Below, piece by piece: positions 51,606-63,900 of a stretch of 64,000 bases of DNA. The first letter of the stretch is position 1. Every line of letters starts with the position of its first letter. This stretch comes from Escherichia coli (GTDB lineage: Bacteria > Pseudomonadota > Gammaproteobacteria > Enterobacterales > Enterobacteriaceae), in NCBI RefSeq assembly GCF_030013595.1, contig NZ_CP122768.1, one strand, 5' to 3'. The notes below the pieces were generated by a model. The model ran no database searches and was not told the DNA's origin. It saw only the letters and a program-made list of their open reading frames with translations. The position numbers and the translations under genes were made by a program.

Positions 51606-51805
51606 CACGTATACACTTCATCCTTCAGGCTGCCTCTGCGTTGGCTGCGCTCGTTCACCCCGGTCACGTACTTCTGTACGCTCCCGGGGATTCACTCACT
51701 TGCCGCCTTGATGCAACCTGAATGATTTTGTGTATATTACCCTCGGCAATTTCTTCTTCTGCGGCCCGATGAATTTGGGCCGCTGCTTAATTTACGGAAC
51801 TCACA

Positions 51806-53395
51806 ATGAACAATAACGATCTGGTCGCGAAGCTGTGGAAGCTGTGTGACAATCTGCGCGATGGCGGCGTTTCCTATCAAAACTACGTCAATGAACTCGC
51901 CTCGCTGCTGTTTTTGAAAATGTGTAAAGAGACCGGACAGGAAGCGGAGTACCTGCCGGTAGGCTACCGCTGGGATGACCTGAAATCCCGTATCGGTCAG
52001 GAGCAGTTGCAGTTCTACCGTAATCTGCTGGTACATCTGGGCGCCGACAATCAAAAGCTGGTGCAGGCGGTGTTCCAGAACGTCAACACCACCATTACCC
52101 AGCCGAAACAGTTGACCGAACTGGTCGGCAATATGGATTCACTGGACTGGTACAACGGCGCACACGGTAAGTCGCGCGATGACTTCGGCGATATGTACGA
52201 AGGGCTGTTGCAGAAAAACGCCAACGAAACCAAGTCTGGCGCGGGCCAGTACTTCACCCCGCGTCCGCTGATTAAAACCATTATTCATCTGCTGAAACCG
52301 CAGCCGCGTGAAGTGGTGCAGGACCCGGCAGCCGGTACGGCGGGCTTTTTGATTGAAGCCGACCGCTACGTTAAGTCGCAGACCAATGATCTGGACGACC
52401 TTGATGGCGACACGCAGGATTTCCAGATCCACCGCGCGTTTATCGGCCTCGAACTGGTGCCCGGCACCCGTCGTCTGGCGCTGATGAACTGCCTGCTGCA
52501 CGATATTGAAGGCAACCTCGACCACGGCGGCGCAATCCGTCTGGGCAACACCCTGGGCAGCGACGGTGAAAACCTGCCGAAGGCGCATATTGTCGCCACT
52601 AACCCGCCGTTTGGCAGCGCCGCGGGCACCAACATTACCCGCACCTTTGTTCACCCGACCAGCAACAAACAGCTGTGCTTTATGCAGCATATTATCGAAA
52701 CGCTGCATCCCGGCGGTCGTGCGGCGGTAGTGGTGCCAGATAACGTGCTGTTTGAAGGCGGCAAAGGCACCGACATCCGTCGTGACCTGATGGATAAGTG
52801 TCATCTGCATACCATCCTGCGTCTGCCGACCGGTATTTTTTACGCTCAGGGCGTGAAAACTAACGTGCTGTTCTTTACCAAAGGGACGGTGGCGAACCCG
52901 CATCAGGATAAGAACTGCACCGATGATGTGTGGGTGTACGACCTGCGTACCAATATGCCGAGCTTCGGCAAGCGCACGCCGTTTACCGACGAGCATTTGC
53001 AGCCGTTTGAGCGCGTGTATGGCGAAGATCCCCACGGTTTAAGCCCGCGCACTGAAGGTGAATGGAGTTTTAACGCCGAAGAGACGGAAGTTGCCGACAG
53101 CGAAGAGAACAAAAACACCGATCAGCATCTGGCTACCAGCCGCTGGCGCAAGTTCAGCCGCGAGTGGATCCGCACCGCGAAATCCGATTCGCTGGATATC
53201 TCCTGGCTGAAAGATAAAGACAGTATTGATGCCGACAACCTGCCGGAGCCGGATGTATTAGCGGCAGAAGCGATGGGTGAACTGGTGCAGGCGCTGGGCG
53301 AACTGGATGCGCTGATGCGTGAACTGGGGGCGAGCGATGAGGCCGATTTGCAGCGTCAGTTGCTGGAAGAAGCATTTGGTGGGGTGAAGGAATGA
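51806..53395 (+). CDS. hsdM: Type I restriction-modification M subunit (N6-adenine methyltransferase)
   Basis: 529 aa; NPPF motif (ATNPPFGSA). Confidence 0.95.
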   Translation: MNNNDLVAKLWKLCDNLRDGGVSYQNYVNELASLLFLKMCKETGQEAEYLPVGYRWDDLKSRIGQEQLQFYRNLLVHLGADNQKLVQAVFQNVNTTITQPKQLTELVGNMDSLDWYNGAHGKSRDDFGDMYEGLLQKNANETKSGAGQYFTPRPLIKTIIHLLKPQPREVVQDPAAGTAGFLIEADRYVKSQTNDLDDLDGDTQDFQIHRAFIGLELVPGTRRLALMNCLLHDIEGNLDHGGAIRLGNTLGSDGENLPKAHIVATNPPFGSAAGTNITRTFVHPTSNKQLCFMQHIIETLHPGGRAAVVVPDNVLFEGGKGTDIRRDLMDKCHLHTILRLPTGIFYAQGVKTNVLFFTKGTVANPHQDKNCTDDVWVYDLRTNMPSFGKRTPFTDEHLQPFERVYGEDPHGLSPRTEGEWSFNAEETEVADSEENKNTDQHLATSRWRKFSREWIRTAKSDSLDISWLKDKDSIDADNLPEPDVLAAEAMGELVQALGELDALMRELGASDEADLQRQLLEEAFGGVKE

Positions 53396-54760
53396 GTGCG
53401 GAGAAATTGCCGGAGGGGTGGGTTGAGTGTGAATTATCCGAACTCGGTAACATTGTTACAGGGAAAACTCCCAGTACCAAGGAGCCTTCCAATTTTGGAG
53501 GCAGCATTCCTTTCATTAAACCAGGCGATCTTGATCTCGGTGGCTATATCATGAATACCGCCGATACTCTGACGGAGAAAGGGTTATCTCTTGTCCCCAC
53601 TCTTCCTGCCAATTCAGTCGTTGTGACGTGTATTGGAAATTTAGGAAAAGTTGGAATTACCGCTAAAAAATCAGCATCTAATCAACAAATAAATGCATTG
53701 ATCCCGTCAGAAAAGCTAAATGTAAAATTTGTTTATTACCAAATTTTAACATTAAAACCATGGTTAGAGTCTCAATCAGCAGCTACTACAATTGCGATTG
53801 TGAACAAGAGCAAATTTTCTCAGGCACCATTTAAATTCCCGTCGCTTGCCGAACAAAAAATCATCACTGAAAAACTCGATACGCTGCTGGCGCAGGTAGA
53901 CAGCACCAAAGCACGTCTTGAGCAAATCCCACAAATCCTGAATCGTTTTCGTCAGGCTATTCTAGCTAATGCTGTGGAAGGAAAATTGACCGACGAATGG
54001 CGAGCCGGAAAATGTTATATTACAGAAATCAAAAAATATCTGATATTATTCAGAATGCTCAAGTCGGATTAGTTCGTTCAGCTTCAGATCAAAGCGAAAT
54101 ATGCACTCAAAAAATGAGAACGCCTTACATAAAAATGAATAACATTCACAATGTTCTCGGAACAAATTTAGAAAAACTCGCTTATGTCAACTGTGATAGC
54201 TATGAACTGGAAAAATATAGATTAAAAAATGGAGATTGGCTCTTTAATACACGAAATAGTTATGAGTTAGTTGGTAAATCCTGTGTCTGGAATGGATGTA
54301 GCAATGCTGTATATAATAATAATATATTAAGAGTTAGACTAAAAGAAAACTACAATTCTGTTTTTTTAGATTATTGGTTTCACTCGTTCTATGGAGTGAG
54401 CATGCTTAATAGTATTAAATCCGCAACAACAAATGTTGCTGCGATATATCAGAAAGAACTCTTAAGTAAAAGTGTTCCATTCCCCCCCTTCCCGAACAAG
54501 CCGAGATTGTTCGCCGCGTCGAACAACTCTTCGCCTACGCCGACACCATAGAAAAACAGGTCAACAACGCCTTAGCCCGCGTTAACAACCTGACGCAATC
54601 CATCCTGGCAAAAGCGTTCCGTGGTGAACTCACCGCCCAGTGGCGGGCCGAAAACCCGGATTTAATCAGCGGAGAAAACAGCGCCGCCGCGTTGCTGGAA
54701 AAAATCAAAGCTGAACGCGCAGCCAGCGGGGGTAAAAAAGCCTCGCGTAAAAAATCCTGA
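53392..54760 (+). pseudogene. hsdS: Type I specificity subunit HsdS with non-EcoKI TRDs, interrupted by two -1 frameshifts
   Basis: TRD1 and central repeat in frame of 53392 (stop at 54070-54072). TRD2 in ORF 53997..54551. Conserved C-terminus [51 protein letters not shown]...SRKKS in a third frame ending 54760. Frame changes coincide with A6 (54031-54036) and C7 (54482-54488) homopolymers. Confidence 0.6.
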
Positions 54761-54893
54761 TCATTATTTTCTGGCGCACCTTTCCGGTGCGCTTTTTATT
54801 ATTTTACGCCAATCATAACTCACGCAAATATATTTAAATCATTCCAGAAATTGCCTATTTTATTCTATTTTTAGCTGGACTTTCCCTGTATTT

Positions 54894-54911
54894 ACTGATG
54901 ATATATCCAGG
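54894..54911. promoter_or_regulatory. LexA (SOS) box upstream of symE
   Basis: aCTGatgatatatcCAGg fits CTG-N10-CAG. Confidence 0.5.
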
Positions 54912-54916
54912 TATTT

Positions 54917-54993
54917 AGCGCGGTGCGGATGTGCGCCAACACACCCGCACCGCTCATCACAATCACTATTCCAGGAGAATAGCAGTTATGACT
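54917..54993 (-). ncRNA. symR: SymR antisense sRNA (approximate, placed from K-12 knowledge)
   Basis: In K-12 a 77-nt antisense RNA overlaps the symE 5' UTR and start codon; coordinates inferred, not read from sequence signals. Confidence 0.3.
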
Positions 54994-55329
54994 GACACGA
55001 ATTTTATTGCACAACCGTTCGAAGCAGAAGTCTCCCCGGCAAATAACCGTCAATTAACCGTGAGTTATGCGAGCCGCTACCCGGATTACAGCCGTATTCC
55101 CGCCATCACCCTGAAAGGTCAGTGGCTGGAAGCCGCCGGTTTTGCCACCGGCACGGCGGTAGATGTCAAAGTGATGGAAGGCTGTATTGTCCTCACCGCC
55201 CAACCCCCCGCCGCTGAAGAGAGCGAACTGATGCAGTCGCTGCGCCAGGTGTGCAAACTGTCGGCGCGTAAACAAAAGCAGGTGCAGGCGTTTATTGGAG
55301 TGATTGCCGGTAAACAGAAAGTCGCGTAA
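54988..55329 (+). CDS. symE: SOS-induced toxin-like endoribonuclease SymE
   Basis: 113 aa from [38 protein letters not shown]... Confidence 0.9.
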   Translation: MTDTNFIAQPFEAEVSPANNRQLTVSYASRYPDYSRIPAITLKGQWLEAAGFATGTAVDVKVMEGCIVLTAQPPAAEESELMQSLRQVCKLSARKQKQVQAFIGVIAGKQKVA

Positions 55330-55490
55330 CAGCGTTTACTCCCGGTTAACCACCGGGAGCCTTCCACTGACTCAATAGAAACTTTCCCCCTCAGTAAATA
55401 TTTACCTGCCTGATTGTGCAGTAAAAATCTATTGTTTCAGTACGTTGCGAAAGCGATAATAGAGGCTTAGCAATGAGGAAGGCACATCTT

Positions 55491-56870
55491 ATGGAATCAA
55501 TTCAAGCCTGGATTGAAAAATTTATTGAGCAAGCACAGCAACAAAGTTCACAATCCACTAAAGATTATCCAACGTCTTACCGTAACCTGCGAGTAAAAGT
55601 GAGTTTCGGTTATGGCAATTTTACATCTATTCCCTGGTTTGCATTTCTTGGAGAAGGTCAGGAAGTTTCTAACGGTATATATCCCGTTATTCTCTATTAT
55701 AAAGATTTTGATGAGTTGGTTTTGGCTTATGGTATAAGTGACACGAATAAACCACATGCACAATGGCACTTTTCTTCTGACATACCTAAAACAATCGCAG
55801 AGTATTTCCAGACAACTTCGGGTGTATATCCTAAAAAATACGGACAGTCCTATTACGCCTGTGCCCAAAAAGTCTCACAGGGTATTGATTACACCCGGTT
55901 TGCCTCTATGCTGGACAACATAATCAACGACTATAAATTAATATTTAATTCCGGCGAGAGTGTTATTCCACCTATGTCAAAAACTGAATCATACTGTCTG
56001 GAAGATGCGTTAAATGATTTGTTTATCCCTGAAACCACAATAGAGACGATACTCAAACGATTAACCATCAAAAAAAATATTATCCTCCAGGGGCCGCCCG
56101 GCGTTGGAAAAACCTTTGTTGCACGCCGTCTGGCTTACCTGCTGACAGGAGAGAAGGCTCCGCAACGCGTCAATATGGTTCAGTTCCATCAATCTTATAG
56201 CTATGAGGATTTTATACAGGGCTATCGTCCGAATGGTGTCGGCTTCCGACGTAAAGACGGTATATTTTACAATTTTTGTCAGCAAGCTAAAGAGCAGTCA
56301 GAGAAAAAGTATGTTTTTATTATAGATGAAATCAATCGAGCCAATCTCAGTAAAGTATTTGGCGAAGTGATGATGTTAATGGAACATGATAAACGAGGCG
56401 AAAACTGGTCTGTTCCCTTAACCTACTCCAAAAACGATGAAGAACGATTCTATGTTCCGGAGAATGTTTATATTATCGGTTTAATGAATACTGCCGATCG
56501 CTCTCTGGCCGTTGTTGATTATGCCCTGCGCAGACGATTTTCTTTCATAGATATTGAGCCAGGTTTTGATACGCCACAGTTCCGGAATTTTTTACTGAAT
56601 AAAAAAGCAGAACCTTCATTTGTTGAATCTTTATGCCAAACAATGAACGAGTTAAACCAGGAAATCAGCAAAGAGGCCACTATCCTTGGGAAAGGATTCC
56701 GCATTGGGCATAGTTACTTCTGCTCCGGGTTAGAAGATGGCACCTCTCCGGATACGCAATGGCTTAAGGAAATTGTGATGACGGATATCGCGCCTTTACT
56801 CGAAGAATATTTCTTTGATGACCCCTATAAACAACAGATATGGACCGACAGATTATTAGGTGACTCATAG
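55491..56870 (+). CDS. mcrB: McrBC GTPase subunit McrB (5-methylcytosine-specific restriction)
   Basis: 459 aa from MESIQAWIEKFIEQAQQQ...; AAA+ GTPase motif GPPGVGKT; an upstream in-frame start at 55473 is also possible. Confidence 0.95.
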   Translation: MESIQAWIEKFIEQAQQQSSQSTKDYPTSYRNLRVKVSFGYGNFTSIPWFAFLGEGQEVSNGIYPVILYYKDFDELVLAYGISDTNKPHAQWHFSSDIPKTIAEYFQTTSGVYPKKYGQSYYACAQKVSQGIDYTRFASMLDNIINDYKLIFNSGESVIPPMSKTESYCLEDALNDLFIPETTIETILKRLTIKKNIILQGPPGVGKTFVARRLAYLLTGEKAPQRVNMVQFHQSYSYEDFIQGYRPNGVGFRRKDGIFYNFCQQAKEQSEKKYVFIIDEINRANLSKVFGEVMMLMEHDKRGENWSVPLTYSKNDEERFYVPENVYIIGLMNTADRSLAVVDYALRRRFSFIDIEPGFDTPQFRNFLLNKKAEPSFVESLCQTMNELNQEISKEATILGKGFRIGHSYFCSGLEDGTSPDTQWLKEIVMTDIAPLLEEYFFDDPYKQQIWTDRLLGDS

Positions 56871-57916
56871 TGGAACAGCCCGTGATACCTGTCCGTAATA
56901 TCTATTACATGCTTACCTATGCATGGGGTTATTTACAGGAAATTAAGCAGGCAAACCTTGAAGCCATACCCGGTAACAATCTTCTTGATATCCTGGGGTA
57001 TGTATTAAATAAAGGGGTTTTACAGCTTTCACTCCGAGGGCTTGAGCTTGATTACAATCCTCATACCGGGATCATTCCTGGCATCAAAGGGCGAATAGAG
57101 TTTGCTAAAACAATACGCGGCTTCCATCTTAATCATGGGAAAACCGTCAGTACTTTTGATATGCTTAATGAAGACACGCTGGCTAACCGAATTATAAAAA
57201 GCACATTAGCCATGTTAATTAAGCATGAAAAATTAAATTCAACCATCAGAGATGAAGCTCGTTCACTTTATAGAAAATTACCGGGCATTAGCACTCTTCA
57301 TTTAACTCCGCAGCATTTCAGCTATCTGAACGGCGGAAAAAATACGCGTTATTATAAATTCGTTATCAGTGTCTGCAAATTCATCGTCAATAATTCTATT
57401 CCAGGTCAAAACAAAGGACATTATCGTTTCTATGATTTTGAAAGAAACGAAAAAGAGATGTCATTACTTTATCAAAAGTTTCTTTTTGAATTTTGCCGCC
57501 GTGAATTAACGTCTGCAAACACAACCCGCTCTTATTTAAAATGGAATGCATCAAGCATATCGGATCAGTCACTTAATTTGTTACCTCGAATGGAAACGGA
57601 CATCACCATTCGCTCATCAGAGAAAATACTTATCGTAGACGCAAAATACTATAAAAGCATTTTTTCACGACGAATGGGCTCAGAAAAATTTCATTCTCAA
57701 AATCTTTATCAACTGATGAATTACTTATGGTCGTTAAAGCCTGAAAATGGCGAAAACATAGGGGGGTTATTAATATACCCCCACGTAGACACCGCAGTGA
57801 AACATCGTTATAAAATTAATGGCTTCGATATTGGCTTGTGTACCATCAATTTAGGTCAGGAATGGCCGTGTATACATCAAGAATTACTCGACATTTTCGA
57901 TGAATATCTCAAATAA
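56870..57916 (+). CDS. mcrC: McrBC endonuclease subunit McrC
   Basis: 348 aa; start overlaps mcrB stop. Confidence 0.95.
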   Translation: MEQPVIPVRNIYYMLTYAWGYLQEIKQANLEAIPGNNLLDILGYVLNKGVLQLSLRGLELDYNPHTGIIPGIKGRIEFAKTIRGFHLNHGKTVSTFDMLNEDTLANRIIKSTLAMLIKHEKLNSTIRDEARSLYRKLPGISTLHLTPQHFSYLNGGKNTRYYKFVISVCKFIVNNSIPGQNKGHYRFYDFERNEKEMSLLYQKFLFEFCRRELTSANTTRSYLKWNASSISDQSLNLLPRMETDITIRSSEKILIVDAKYYKSIFSRRMGSEKFHSQNLYQLMNYLWSLKPENGENIGGLLIYPHVDTAVKHRYKINGFDIGLCTINLGQEWPCIHQELLDIFDEYLK

Positions 57917-57938
57917 GCGGTAAGTTTTATAGAAAATA

Positions 57939-57965
57939 CCGCTCCCGACACGACGTCGGGAGCGG
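57939..57965. terminator. Strong hairpin between convergent mcrC and giant helicase gene
   Basis: CCGCTCCCGAC-acgac-GTCGGGAGCGG (11-bp stem). Confidence 0.55.
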
Positions 57966-57972
57966 CACATCA

Positions 57973-60900
57973 TCAGGAGGCGAGCACCTCCACCAGCACA
58001 TCCGTTGCCCAGCTCTCTTCACTGTTGACCACATTCCCTTCCTGACAAGCTTGATCCATTTTGACTAACTGGAAAGAAACGTCATCGCGGAAGTCAAAGT
58101 AATGCCATTGCGATGCAAAGTTGATACGCCAGTAGCCCATCCCCTGATCGAAGCGGATCTTCAATACCTGACCATCCTCAAAAGTCACCGTCAGTTTACG
58201 ATGGTGAGGGATATCGCGCGGCGAGTCGAACACCGCCAGTTCTACCGGCCTGCCCAGCGCAGCTGCAAACCACTGATCAGCGAAATCCTGAAAATCCGCT
58301 ATGCTCATCCAGTCATGAAAAGGCCGGTTACCGGGGCGATCTTTATCTTTAAACAGCGTATCCAGCGTCACTTCAGCGCCATCGGTCAGCTTTGTTTTTA
58401 GCGGTCTCAGAATTGATCCCAACAACGCCAGCGCAACCGGGTTTTGCAGATAGCGATCGGTATAGTGAACGCCGGTAATTCGCGTATTTTTCATCAGTGA
58501 CTGCGCTTCTTCATGGTCGTTAAACAGCACGTCCCAGAAGCGTTGCCCAAACTGCGACAACGGTCCATTCAACTGTTTGTGGATCTGGATGTCTTTGACC
58601 CGCTCGACAGCGTTGGCGGCTTTAGCTGGCAGAATAAACTCGCTCAGTTCTACCGTTTTATAACCGAGGCTACGCACTACCAGTTCGTCATTCAGGTGCC
58701 ACTCCGGCCCCGGAATCGTTGCCTGCTGACTGCGAGAGGCCAGCGTCATCACGCGATCGGCAAAGGTAACCTGGGCAACAATCGGTAATTGCAGATCCTG
58801 TTCAACATGGCACAGTCGCACACCCAGCGCAGTAAATTGCGATAGTTCATGCAACAGGTCCGGATCATCCACTCCCGCAGGAATAACAAGATCGACCTCG
58901 ACGTTGTCTTTTAGCCGATAGCTCTGAATAGCCGCGCGGAACTGACGGGCGTATAAATCCCACTCATTGGGCGCGCCAGTCATCCACAGGGTGAGCTTTT
59001 CAGCGCCTTCGTTAATCGCCCGGCGAATCGTATCGCCAATAGCGCCAGGGCAGTAGCGGGCATCCGGCAGCGAGAATGTCTCTTCATCCGGTAAACCGAT
59101 GTAATACGTGAAGTCATCGCCAAGCCAGGCCAGCGCCGCTTTGCGATCCAGCAAATCATGATCGTGGCGAGTCTGGGAATCAAGCAGGCATTCACTGCAT
59201 GCAGTATCACAATGGCGGCAGCCTAACTGTTTCACCATTCCCTGCAAAATAGCTTCAATGTGTACCGGTGCGCTGGAGGCAAAACCTGCACCACCGCTGA
59301 TCACATCATAAAGCTGTACGGCTAATACCGATTGCCCATCCTCCAGTCTGACCGGACGTACAGAATAGCCGAGTTCTGCGGTGGAGATACCCAGAACGCC
59401 CGCCAGCGCCTGACGCAGAGCAACCGCCAGAGTCATGGCGACAATCCGCCCCTCTTCTGTGTTATCTGGCAGATACTCGCCATTTTGTGGTTTGCGCAGA
59501 ACCATTTCAAAGACATCGGTGCGCGCCAGTGCGCCCAGGGTGACTTTCTTCACGAGTGCCGTCGAACCTGGGCAAATCAGACGATGATTCTGGCTGTCGC
59601 GGTCCGCTTTACCCGGACGCGGTGGATAGTGAGCTTCCATACTTTTCGGCGCATCATTTTCATTCAGCATCGACTCCGCACGGCCACAGCTCAGACACAA
59701 TGCATAACCGTGTCCACCTTCCCCCAGACTTTGCTGGAAAACATGCCCATCAGCCCCAGAAGCCATATAACCCATTAGCGGGTTAGGCAACGGTACGGGC
59801 TCTGCTTTAACAAAGACCCACGCGGGGACAACCGGGACGAATTTCATGGTTTCAATATTGTTCGTTACCGGAGCATGTGCATCGGTAACAAACCCGGCAG
59901 GCTGCAGCACCTGACGGCGATTATCCAGGATGATTTTTTCGCCGCAGGCGCTGTTGGAGCAAAAGAGCATCCCGGAACTGCTCATCCCCTCTTCATAGCC
60001 AATGGTCCCGCATTTATGACAGCGCCAGGCGCAATCCAGACGCTGGGCTTCATTGGTATCAGCATTAATGTTGTGCCAGTGCAGTGAGACACCGGCAGAG
60101 CGGAAGACACGGCCATCAAGAATGATCTCTGCTCCCGGTGCATATTCACGAATGGCAACACCGAGGTTACGGGAAGGTAATCCTTTATAACGGGAGACGT
60201 TATCTTCACGGTCCTTTTTATCACGACTTTTCTGCGATTTTTCGCGGATATAATCTTCCATCGTGAAGTTATCAAACGTCACTACATCTGTCGGGAAACC
60301 GTATCCCGGCAGGAAGGTTCTGGCAGCCAGATCGCGCAGCAGATACTCGCCACAGTGCCGTTTCTTCTCCAGCTCTATGCGCTTACGATAAGGCGTTTGC
60401 GGCTGCGACTCACGCTCCTGGGTCACGAGATCGCGATAAACGGAGAGCCACCGCTGTTGCAGGAAGGTGATCGCGTTGATTGTTTTGTCCCGCAGATGTT
60501 CGGCTCTTGCGCCATGCAATGCCGTACCTTTCACCAGCCGTTCCAGCGCCGTGTCGATATCAAGAACAGAGCGTTCCAGCCAGACTTTGAAGCGTTCGCA
60601 TTTTGACTCCCCGTCATCTTCACCGAAAAACCAGAGGCTATCGAGGCTGGTTTTCTCTTTATCGGTTTCGCCAATAACGTTACATAAAAAGTCGGACAGT
60701 AATAATGCATTGACGTGACGTTGCACCAGTCGGGCGGAGTTCATCGCGACCATGGGTGCCGGGATCATGGTTTCAAACGGCCAGAGTGGGTTGGCAAAAA
60801 CCTGTTGGTCGTGTGGGTTACCCTTACATAGGGTGTAAGAGATCGCGCGCGATTCTTTACTACGCCCGGCTCGCCCGGCGCGCTGTAAATAGTTGGCCGG

Positions 60901-63900
60901 ATGTGGCGGTACGTTGTTCATTACCACCGCAGTAATGCCCCCGATATCAACCCCCATTTCCATGGTGGTGGAACAGTTGAGAACATTTAGTTGCCCATTC
61001 TTGAACATCTTTTCATAGCTTTGCAGACGTTCTGACGACTGCTGGGCAGAGTGCTCGGCAGTGCGATAGTAGAAACCGCCTTCCACGACACGATCGTTGA
61101 TGTCTGTCCAGACGTTTTCCGACCGCAATTGTGCGATCAGCGGATCATTGCTGACCCAGTCGCGTGCTTTTGCCAGACCCTCTGCGTAGTCTTCCTGTGA
61201 ACGATCCAGCTTCCAGATTTCCGGCATGGTGACTTTCTGCGCGACAAAAGTGTCATATTGCGCCTGGGTAAGATGCTCGAACGAAATATGGGTAGGCAGA
61301 TAAGGGGTTAAGCCTTTAAAAGCCGTATCCAGGATTTTATTGGTTACCGGGCAAATCCAGGCATCCGTGATTAAAGAAAAAGTCATATGCTCTTTCGGTA
61401 AATAAAAACGGTTGCCATCGGGTTTCAGTACTGCAAGCGGTCCGGTAAGTTGGGCCCATGCTTCTTTCAGCCATGTATTGATAATATCAATAGTCGCCGT
61501 ATTGACGGTTTTGAATCCAGCCCCCAGCATCAGTAACTTCGCTAAACGATGGGATACGTTGCCATTACGAATTTGAGGCCAGCGTCTGTTCTGATTATCT
61601 TCAGGATCTTTTGATTCCGGGTTACGGACGAATTTTGATGAAAAACGGCTACCAATCCAGTTTTTCAGCTCATCATCCAGCTGTGTGAAGTTGCTTTCGC
61701 GAACATAAAGATCCAACGTAACCTTGAGAAAATCGCGCCAGTCATCCAGCGTTAATCCTTTTTCCTGCCAGTGCAAGGGGCTCTTATGTATTTTCTCCAG
61801 CCCCTGGTAACCAACCTGAACCAGCCCCTGTGTTTCCAGGCTGTTAGTCCGTTTAGGGCGACGCATGAATTCCCGGAACAACAACATTTCCGAAAGCTTT
61901 AGTGGCCCGCCGTTTTTATTAAACACTTCAGGCTGCAAATAGTGGTTATATTTCAGTACCGGGCCACGGATATCGGCTTTATCTTTAAGCTCGTTAACCA
62001 TTTCTGTCCAGGTGCGGGATACCAGGGTAGTTGCTGCTTTTCCACCGGTTGCAGCCTGATAAGCCTGTTCAAGCTGTTCAGCCTGCGCTTGTGACAATTT
62101 CGCCTGGTCTGGCATTCCCCAGCTTCGATATTCTTCTGCCTGCTCACGGGCTTGCTTCGCCCTGGCCGCTAATTTTTCCAGATCGGCATTGGCATTCGGC
62201 GCCGTGGACGTTTGCGTCCGTTGATGCCAGCTCAGAATTTCGACTACGCTTCCGCGTAAGAGACTGCGTTCTGCTTCTTGCTGCATACGCACCGCCATTC
62301 GAGCTGTACCTTGTCGACTGTCCGTAAAGGTAATGAGTCGACGTCCTCGCCCTGGCAACGAATCTGGTCCGACGCCCTCTTTGCCTTCATCACTGGTAAA
62401 GTCCTGACAATACTCAAGAACGGTAGGCACGATGTTAGTAACGTAAAATGGCCCACCTAATAATGCACGCCGGAAGGGTTGTTTCCCACTCATGCCTCGG
62501 TAGCCACAGCCGCTGGCGCTACAAACCTTTTTATCATTAATAATCAGCGGAATGCTGTCATTATTAATAACGCCAATACGGCGCGTCTGACGGTCGAGGC
62601 GTTGTAGGGTATAGCCTGTCTCGCTGGTCTCTCCTGCGGCAATAATCAACGGAGGCAGGAAACCGTTCTCTTTTTCGACTTTTTCCTCTGTAGTGTCATG
62701 TTCAACAGGTACTTCATCCTGCAAGGAGAACTCATCGCCACCTTTATTTTCCCATTGGACAAGTTTGCCCTTTTTGTCCTGCGCCAGAAGATGAGGCTCA
62801 TTACAATCATTACAGAACGCCACTTCGTAGACAGGGCTTCCACAGTCGCAATTTTGTCGCTGGTTCACATACACATAGCCAAAGGGCCAGCCTTTTTCGA
62901 GCGGTGTACCGTGCTTTAATCTGCAATCTTTATCAACACAAGCCCATATTCCTTGGGTATTACGCTGGAAGATATGCGCCCTGACTTTAAGAAATGCGGG
63001 ATCCTTTGCATTAGGTTGAGTCCCTGAACAGACATCGATCCAACGCAGTACTTCCTGCTGGCTGTAATGCTGTTTTGTCAGCGCATTTAACCGCTGCGTC
63101 ATCTCATCCAGTTTCATTGGATTAGGTTGGCTAACCAACATTTCACGTATGTAACGCGCTTCGGGGGAGTGCGTAAGCGCATAAAAGCGCTCAGGACTTA
63201 TCCCTTTAATTTTATTATCATTTTTATCTTTTAGATCCAGATCAGGTATTTGCTCTATTTCGTCTAACGGAACAGAAACGTTTTTGGATGGTTCCAGTTC
63301 AGGAATCACCCGACTTCCGTCCAGAACATCGATGCGCTCCTGCGGGATACCGGATAATTCAGAGAGAAATTTTTTCAGCTGTTTTTCGGCGTCGCTGCCG
63401 GCAATGGTCGCAGAGGTCGCTACAAAGCGCACATCATCTGGCGTCACGCCAAACGCTGTCATCACACGACGCAGCTGGAGTGCCAGTTCAGCGGCCTGCG
63501 ACCCGACATAGGTATGCGCTTCATCCAGTACAATCCAGCGTAGTGATTTTTGTGCTTTGGATTGCTGGATAATCGGGGCGTCGACCTGGCGAACCATCAT
63601 ATATTCCAGCATCGTGCCGTTGGTCACCAGAATCGGGGCAGGCTCCAGACGCATCTTTTCACGGGATAAGACTTCATTTGGTCTATTATCCTGCACTGTT
63701 TTCATTTTTGCGTGGAGCTCTTCTGTATTTCCGTTATACAAGCAGTAGCGGATCCCAGTACCAAAACCACGCGTCCAGGCATCCAGACGCTCGCGCTGTG
63801 AATTAATCAAGGCGTTCAATGGATAGAGAAAAAGGGCTCGGACACCAACCAACGGATTGTTGCCATTTTCATGCAGTTCCCGGTAAAGATCTTCCAGCAC

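Noticed and set aside
48540-53035. Long minus-strand ORFs inside hsdR and hsdM (48540..49202, 49320..50363, 52139..53035)
   Set aside because: Antisense to intact, highly conserved restriction-modification genes; low-complexity translations.
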